Assembly: GCA_963823345.1 (NCBI GenBank)
Contig: CAWGLE010000004.1
Span: 513,166-577,165 of the forward strand
From: Candidatus Sulfomarinibacteraceae bacterium
Lineage (GTDB): Bacteria; Acidobacteriota; Thermoanaerobaculia; Thermoanaerobaculales; Sulfomarinibacteraceae
Direction: 5' to 3'
DNA length: 64,000 bases
Positions 58,475 to 64,000 of this stretch are shown here, in pieces. Positions within the stretch are counted from its first letter, which is position 1, and the number at the start of each line of letters is the position of its first letter. The notes under the pieces were generated by a model. The model saw only the letters and a list, made by a program, of their open reading frames with translations. It was not told the DNA's origin and made no database searches. The translations under genes were made by a program, and so were the position numbers.

Positions 58475-58812
58475 ACCTCCCCGGCCTGAGCTCGAGCAAC
58501 CGCTTCTTCATCCCGCAGCGGGACCATCGCTGGCCGCACGTCCTGACCGCGCTGCTCGCGGTGTCGGCGCTGGTCGTGGTGGCCCTCGGGCTGGTGGGGT
58601 GGCCGCGGCTCAAGAGCACCTCCATCCACTACGAGCTGATCCGGCTGCGGGCCCAGGTGCGCGAGCTCGAGCAACGCGAGCGCGATCTCATGCTCGAGCT
58701 GGAGAGCGAACGCAGCCCGCAGCGTCTGGCGGAACGCGCCGGCAGGCTCGGGCTGGTGCCGTCGGCGCCGGCCGGGCTGATCGCGGCCGCGGTGCCCGAG
58801 GTGGTGGAGTGA
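58471..58812 (+). CDS. ftsL: Cell division protein FtsL-like
   Basis: ATGA overlap with rsmH. 113 aa, with one TM (VLTALLAVSALVVVALGLVGW) followed by a coiled coil (..LRAQVRELEQRERDLMLELE..). The call rests on position in the dcw cluster. Confidence 0.7.
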   Translation: MNLPGLSSSNRFFIPQRDHRWPHVLTALLAVSALVVVALGLVGWPRLKSTSIHYELIRLRAQVRELEQRERDLMLELESERSPQRLAERAGRLGLVPSAPAGLIAAAVPEVVE

Positions 58813-60533
58813 ACCGCCGCCGCTTTCTCGCGGTTGCGGCGGTGCTCGCGCTCGGGGCCACTCTGGTCTTCGGACGCAGCGTTCAGGTCGGTGTTCTCGA
58901 GCACGCCGAATGGAGAGAGCTCGCCCTCCGCCAGCAGCGTCAGGTGATCACGGTTCCCGGGCCACGCGGGACGATCCGGACCGCCGACGGCTACATTCTC
59001 GCGACCTCGGTGGAACGGGTGGCGATCCAGGTGGACACCCGGATTCTGGAGTACCCGGAGCTGTTTGCCCGCGCCGCGGCGGCCCTGCTCGACACCCCCA
59101 GGGGTGAGCTGGCGCGCCGCCTCCGCCAGGGCCCGCGATCGGTGTGGCTGGCGCAGCGGGTGCCGCGCGACATTGCCGAAGAGGTCCGCCAGCTGGCCGT
59201 CCGGGCGGTGGTGCTGGTGCCGGACTTCGCGCGCATCTACCCGCAGCAGCGCCTCGCCGCTCCGGTGGTGGGGTTCGTCGGCCGCGAGGAGCTCAACACG
59301 GTCGGACGCTCGGGGTTCGAGCACCAGTACGACGCCTACCTCAGCGGTGAGCCCGAACAGTACCTGGCGGTCAACGACGCCATCCGCCGCAAGGTCCGGC
59401 TGGAACGGCTGCAGAGCGGTCGCGCCGGATACGATCTCGAGCTGACGCTCAACGCCCGGCTCCAGGCGCGGTGCGAGGCGGCGCTCGAAAACGCCGTGGC
59501 GACTCATGGGGCGAAGGCGGCGTCGGCGGTGGTCGTCGACCCGTGGACGGGTCGGATTCTGGCCCTCGCGTCACTGCCCTCGTTCGATCCCGCGAACCCC
59601 GGCGCGGCGCCGGCGGAGAACTGGCGGCTGCGTCCGGTGCAGGACGCCCTCGAACCGGGATCGACCGTCAAGCCCGTGGTTGCCGCTGCCGCCCTGGCCG
59701 CCGGCGTGGTTCGCGACGGGGAGCGCTTCGACTGCACGAAGCGCGGCACCCAGGTGGCGGGACACTGGGTCCGCGACCACGCCGAACCGGGGAGGTACAC
59801 CCTCGACGAGGTCGTCGTGTATTCGGCGAACGTCGGCATCATCCTGGCTGCGGAACGAGTGCCCGACCGGCTGCTCTGGGGCTCGTTCTCGGCCCTGGGT
59901 TTCGGGCGGCGGTCGGGCATCGACTTTCCGGCCGAGGCGCGGGGCCTGATGCCGGAGACCCGGTCCTGGTCCAAGATGAGCTCCGCGGGGTTCGCGCTCG
60001 GCCAGGAAATCACGGTCAGCCCGCTGCAGATGGCGCTGGCCTACGCAGCCATCGCCAACGGCGGTGTCTTGCCGAAGCCGGTCCTGGTCCAGTCGGACAC
60101 CGGCGGCCACGCCGCCGGGAGCGAGGGCGTGGCGACCAGAGTTCTTGACGAGAGATTGGCCCGCCGTCTGAGCGCGATGCTCGAAGGGGTCGTGAACTCC
60201 GGGACGGGCACGCTCGCGGCGGTTCCCGGCTACCGCGTCGCGGGCAAGACCGGGACCGCACAGCGCGCCGTCAACGGGACCTACGACGACGGCCATCACA
60301 CGTCCTGGTTTGCCGGGTTTCTGCCGATGCCCGATCCCAGGCTGGTGATCGTGGTGGTGGTTGAGGACCCCGCGGAGCTGGATTTCTGGGCCTCCACCGT
60401 GGCGGCGCCGGTGTTTTCCGAGATCGCGAACGCGGCGGTGACGATTCTCGATATTCCGCCGTCCGTCGCCGTCGAGGACACCGATCCCCGCCTGGCGCAG
60501 AACCAGGTCGCGGTTGCGGGAGGCGACGCATGA
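58809..60533 (+). CDS. ftsI: Peptidoglycan D,D-transpeptidase FtsI (class B PBP)
   Basis: GTGA overlap with ftsL. TM, then ..EPGSTVKP.. (SxxK), ..YSANVG.. (SxN), ..AGKTGTA.. (KTG). Confidence 0.9.
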   Translation: MNRRRFLAVAAVLALGATLVFGRSVQVGVLEHAEWRELALRQQRQVITVPGPRGTIRTADGYILATSVERVAIQVDTRILEYPELFARAAAALLDTPRGELARRLRQGPRSVWLAQRVPRDIAEEVRQLAVRAVVLVPDFARIYPQQRLAAPVVGFVGREELNTVGRSGFEHQYDAYLSGEPEQYLAVNDAIRRKVRLERLQSGRAGYDLELTLNARLQARCEAALENAVATHGAKAASAVVVDPWTGRILALASLPSFDPANPGAAPAENWRLRPVQDALEPGSTVKPVVAAAALAAGVVRDGERFDCTKRGTQVAGHWVRDHAEPGRYTLDEVVVYSANVGIILAAERVPDRLLWGSFSALGFGRRSGIDFPAEARGLMPETRSWSKMSSAGFALGQEITVSPLQMALAYAAIANGGVLPKPVLVQSDTGGHAAGSEGVATRVLDERLARRLSAMLEGVVNSGTGTLAAVPGYRVAGKTGTAQRAVNGTYDDGHHTSWFAGFLPMPDPRLVIVVVVEDPAELDFWASTVAAPVFSEIANAAVTILDIPPSVAVEDTDPRLAQNQVAVAGGDA

Positions 60534-61990
60534 AGGTGAGCACCCTCTGCAAGCGCCTCCGCGAGGGCAAGATGGTCGGCGACGGCGCGGTCGACGTCCG
60601 GGGCATCACCCACGACTCGCGGTCGGTACGGCCGGGGTCGATGTTTGCCGCGATTCCAGGTGAGCGCGCTCACGGTGTGACGTTTGTCGACCAGGCGGTC
60701 GCCGCCGGGGCGGCGGCGGTTCTCAGCGACCGCCGGCGGCCGGAGCGGATCAGTATTCCGTGGATCAAGGTCAAGCAGGTGCGGCCGGCGATGGCGCGCG
60801 CCGCCTGGATCCTCGCCGGCAATCCGCAACACAAGATGAGGATGATCGGAGTCACCGGGACCAACGGCAAGAGCACGACGGCCCACCTCATCAGCACGAT
60901 CCTCAACGCCGCCGGCCACCCGACCGTCTTCGTTGGGACGCTCGGCGTGATGCTTCCGGACGGCACCGAAATCGCGAGCGAACGCACCACGCCCGAGGCC
61001 ACCGACCTCGCACCGGTCCTCGCGCGGGCGCTCAAGGCCGGCGCGAAGAACGTGGCCATGGAGGTCTCCTCGCACGCCCTGTGCCAGGACCGGGTCGCCG
61101 GGCTGGAGTTCGACGTCGCGGTGTGGACCAACCTCACCCGTGACCACCTCGACTACCACGGCGACATGGAATCCTACTTCGATGCCAAACGGCACCTCTT
61201 TACCGAGCACCTCGCGCCCGGCGGCCGTCGGGTCCTGCCGGTCGACGACCCGTGGGGAGCCCGTCTCCTGGACGATCAACGCGAGGGCGACATCTCGTGG
61301 GGCCTCGACCGCGGAGCGGTGTGCGCCCGGATGGTGATGAGCGACCTCGATGGCAGCCGTTTCGACCTTCGGCTGCCGGAGACCGAGCTCGCCGTCCGGC
61401 TGCCTCTGGTGGGCGTCCACAACCTGCGCAACGGGCTGGCCGCGGCGGCGGCGGCCAGCGCGGCCGGTCTCGGCCCCAAGGCGATCCGCCGCGGTCTCAA
61501 ACGCGCCCGGCCGCTCAGTGGCCGTCTCGAGAGGATCACCACCAAGCTGCCGTTCCCGGTATTCGTCGACTTCGCCCACACGCCGGAAGGTCTGCGATCG
61601 GTTCTCCAGGCGCTGGACCGGATCACCGACCGCCGGTTGATCGTCGTCTTCGGCGCCGGCGGAGATCGTGATCGCGGCAAGCGGGGACCCATGGGTTACG
61701 CGGTCGGCGAGCTCGCGGACGTGCAGATCGTCACCTCCGACAACCCGCGTTCGGAGGACCCGTCCGTTATCGCCGAAACCGTGGCCGACGGCGTTCGCGC
61801 CGCCGGCGCCGAGCCGCTGGTGGTGCTCGATCGACGAGAGGCGATCAGGACCGCCCTCGAGATGGCCGACGAGCGATCGCTGGTCCTGGTGGCGGGCAAG
61901 GGGCACGAGGCCTTCCAGGCCATCGGCGACGAAAAGACGCCGTTTTCGGATCAGGACGTGGTGCGGACGCTCGCGCGGAGGCTCCGGTGA
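60530..61990 (+). CDS. murE: UDP-N-acetylmuramoyl-L-alanyl-D-glutamate--2,6-diaminopimelate ligase
   Basis: 486 aa; ..GVTGTNGKSTT.., ..DNPRSEDP.. (DAP-type DNPR motif). Confidence 0.9.
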   Translation: MKVSTLCKRLREGKMVGDGAVDVRGITHDSRSVRPGSMFAAIPGERAHGVTFVDQAVAAGAAAVLSDRRRPERISIPWIKVKQVRPAMARAAWILAGNPQHKMRMIGVTGTNGKSTTAHLISTILNAAGHPTVFVGTLGVMLPDGTEIASERTTPEATDLAPVLARALKAGAKNVAMEVSSHALCQDRVAGLEFDVAVWTNLTRDHLDYHGDMESYFDAKRHLFTEHLAPGGRRVLPVDDPWGARLLDDQREGDISWGLDRGAVCARMVMSDLDGSRFDLRLPETELAVRLPLVGVHNLRNGLAAAAAASAAGLGPKAIRRGLKRARPLSGRLERITTKLPFPVFVDFAHTPEGLRSVLQALDRITDRRLIVVFGAGGDRDRGKRGPMGYAVGELADVQIVTSDNPRSEDPSVIAETVADGVRAAGAEPLVVLDRREAIRTALEMADERSLVLVAGKGHEAFQAIGDEKTPFSDQDVVRTLARRLR

Positions 61991-63366
61991 GGATGACGGC
62001 CGCCGAGCTCGCCCGCATCGTCGACGGGACCCTCGAGGGGGACGCCGATGTGATCGTCCTCGGAGCCGAGGTGGACTCGCGGCGGATCGGGCCCGGCGAC
62101 ATCTATGTCGCCCTGCCGGGAGAGCGTCGCGACGGCCACGAATTCGTGCCGGCGGCGTTGGCCGCCGGAACGGCGGCGCTCGTGAGGAAGGACGTGGAAC
62201 TGGCGCCGCCGCCGGCCGGCAAGGCCCTGGTCAGGGTCGGCGACCCGCTGGTCGCGCACCACGTGCTCGCCGCCCGCGAGCGCCGCGAGCGTGGGTGGCG
62301 GGTGGCGGCGGTGACGGGTTCGGTGGGCAAGACCACCACCAAAGATTTCCTCGCCGCGTTGGTCGGCCGCCATCGCCCCACCGGTTCGTCGTCGGGCAAC
62401 CGCAACAACACTCTCGGCCTGCCGTCGGAGATATTGTCCCAGCCGGATGGCATCGAGAACTTCGTCGCCGAGGCCGGGATGAACAGCCCGGGCGAGCTCA
62501 CGGTGCTCGGGCAGATTCTCCGCCCCCAGGTCCTGCTCTACACCAGGATCGCCCCCGTCCACACCGAATTCTTTCCGGACCTCGAGGGCATCGCCCGCGC
62601 CAAGGCCGAGCTGCTGCCGTGGCTCGACCCGGACGGCGCGCTGGTCATCAACGCCGACGACCCCTGGCAGAAGGACTTTCCGGATCAGACCCGGGCGCGG
62701 GTCGTGCGATATGGCGGCGCGGGGGCCGATGCGAAGATCGAGGCCATCGACGACCGCGGTCTCCTCGGCAGCAGTTTTCACCTCGTTCTGCCGGGCTCCG
62801 AGGCCGTGGTGGAGCTCGCCCTGCCCGGTCTCCACCAGGCGGAGAACCTGCTCGCGGCAGCGGCCGCGGCAACGGCCTTCGGGGTGACGGCCGAGGATGT
62901 CGCGGCGACCGCCCGCGAGCTGCGCGCCCCCACCCACCGCGGCCGGATCCTGCACACGAGGGGCGGCGTTTCGGTGGTCGACGACAGCTACAACGCATCG
63001 CCGCTGGCGATGCGGCGCCTGCTCGAGCTGCTCGCGCGCGCCCCTGGGCGGAGGGTCGCGGTTCTCGGTGAAATGTACGAGCTCGGTGCGTTGTCAGCCG
63101 AAGCGCACGCCCGGGTCGGCCGCGAGGCAGCGGCCGCTTGCGATCTGCTGATCGCGGTCGGCGGCGCCGATGCCTCGCGGCTGATTGCGGCGGCCGGGGA
63201 AGCAGGTCTCGCCGCCGAAGCCGTCCACCAGGCCGCGGACGCAGCCGCGGCCACCGCCCTCCTGCAAGATCTCCTGCGCTCGGGCGACGTGGTGCTGGTC
63301 AAGGGCTCACGCGGGGTCGGTCTCGACCGCACGGTGGCGGCCCTGGCGGGGGAGGAGGCGGCCTGA
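61987..63366 (+). CDS. murF: UDP-N-acetylmuramoyl-tripeptide--D-alanyl-D-alanine ligase
   Basis: 459 aa; ..VTGSVGKTTTKD..; Mur ligase layout; GTGA overlap with murE. Confidence 0.9.
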   Translation: MRMTAAELARIVDGTLEGDADVIVLGAEVDSRRIGPGDIYVALPGERRDGHEFVPAALAAGTAALVRKDVELAPPPAGKALVRVGDPLVAHHVLAARERRERGWRVAAVTGSVGKTTTKDFLAALVGRHRPTGSSSGNRNNTLGLPSEILSQPDGIENFVAEAGMNSPGELTVLGQILRPQVLLYTRIAPVHTEFFPDLEGIARAKAELLPWLDPDGALVINADDPWQKDFPDQTRARVVRYGGAGADAKIEAIDDRGLLGSSFHLVLPGSEAVVELALPGLHQAENLLAAAAAATAFGVTAEDVAATARELRAPTHRGRILHTRGGVSVVDDSYNASPLAMRRLLELLARAPGRRVAVLGEMYELGALSAEAHARVGREAAAACDLLIAVGGADASRLIAAAGEAGLAAEAVHQAADAAAATALLQDLLRSGDVVLVKGSRGVGLDRTVAALAGEEAA

Positions 63367-64000
63367 TGTTGTACTGGCTGATCCAACCCCTGAGCCACAC
63401 CTTCATCGGATTCAACGTCTTCCGCTACCTGACCTTCAGAACCGGTCTCGCCATCGCCACCGCGTTCTTCATCAGCCTGGTGGCCGGTCCGTGGCTGATC
63501 GCCCGGCTGCGTGCGCTGCAGGTGCGCCAGGCGATCCGCGAGGAAGGGCCGCAGCACCACCAGGTCAAGGCCGGGACGCCGACCATGGGCGGGCTCCTGA
63601 TCGTGGGCAGCTTCACGATCTCGACCCTGTTGTGGGCGGATCTCGAAAATCCCTACATCTGGACCGTGCTTTTGGTCACCCTCGGCTACGGCGGCATCGG
63701 GCTCGCCGACGACTGGCTCAAGGTCCGGCGCCGCCACAACACCGGTCTCACCACCCGTCAGAAGTTCCTGCTCTTGACGCTGGTCGGGATGGCGGCGGGC
63801 TTGATGGCGCGCGCAGCGGCCCTGCCCGCGCCCCACGCCGGCGCGCTCGCCGTACCGTTTCTCAAAGATGTGCTGCTGCCGCTGGGCATCTTCTACGTGC
63901 CGTTCGTGGCCTTCGTTCTGCTGGGCTCTTCGAACGCCGTCAACCTGACCGACGGTCTCGACGGTCTCGCGGTCGGAGCGGTGGCGGTGGCGGCCGCGAC
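63366..64000 (+). CDS. mraY: Phospho-N-acetylmuramoyl-pentapeptide transferase (3' end outside window)
   Basis: Not in the ORF track because there is no stop in the window. ATG 63366 overlaps the murF stop. MLYWLIQPLSHTFIGFNVFRYLTFRTGLAIATAFFISLVAGPWLIARLRALQVRQAIREEGPQHHQVKAGTPTMGGLLI.. is a textbook MraY N-terminus. Confidence 0.9.
   Translation, partial: MLYWLIQPLSHTFIGFNVFRYLTFRTGLAIATAFFISLVAGPWLIARLRALQVRQAIREEGPQHHQVKAGTPTMGGLLIVGSFTISTLLWADLENPYIWTVLLVTLGYGGIGLADDWLKVRRRHNTGLTTRQKFLLLTLVGMAAGLMARAAALPAPHAGALAVPFLKDVLLPLGIFYVPFVAFVLLGSSNAVNLTDGLDGLAVGAVAVAAA

Overview
GC-rich chromosomal window from a diderm bacterium (it encodes Omp85, TamB and a TonB-dependent receptor; an Acidobacteriota-like origin is only a guess from protein flavour). 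There are three blocks.

(1) 0-15 kb is housekeeping plus a selenium-utilisation set. It holds a Bcp-type peroxiredoxin whose catalytic Cys codon is an in-frame TGA followed by a hairpin (probable selenoprotein). It also holds a yedF / cysteine-desulfurase / DUF3343::selD operon, with an eRF1/Pelota-like gene divergent from it.

(2) 15.1-44.7 kb is an accessory, defence-island-like region with no integrase or transposase. It contains two DUF4143 ATPases around a TonB-dependent receptor. It then has four tandem ~4.5-kb paralogues of a Ser/Thr kinase - STAND (nSTAND/NACHT-like) NTPase - TM helix - WD40 protein (A-D), all on the minus strand. Two MntA/HepT (nucleotidyltransferase/HEPN) modules are interleaved, a winged-helix+FHA regulator sits upstream, and two PIN-toxin TA pairs follow. 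The kinase module is amino-acid-identical but nucleotide-divergent among paralogues, yet every paralogue carries frameshifts or a stop. A REPIN-like double hairpin sits in-frame inside three of them.

(3) 44.7-64 kb is housekeeping: isochorismatase-family hydrolase, uvrB, a CaCA antiporter, nadK-tamB-omp85 and the dcw cluster mraZ-rsmH-ftsL-ftsI-murE-murF-mraY.

Intergenic DNA throughout carries several REP/REPIN families with GTAG heads. It also carries unusual AT-rich 7- or 8-nt tandem arrays that abut stop codons. No rRNA, tRNA or CRISPR was found. Many long ORFs in the track are GC-driven antisense shadows.
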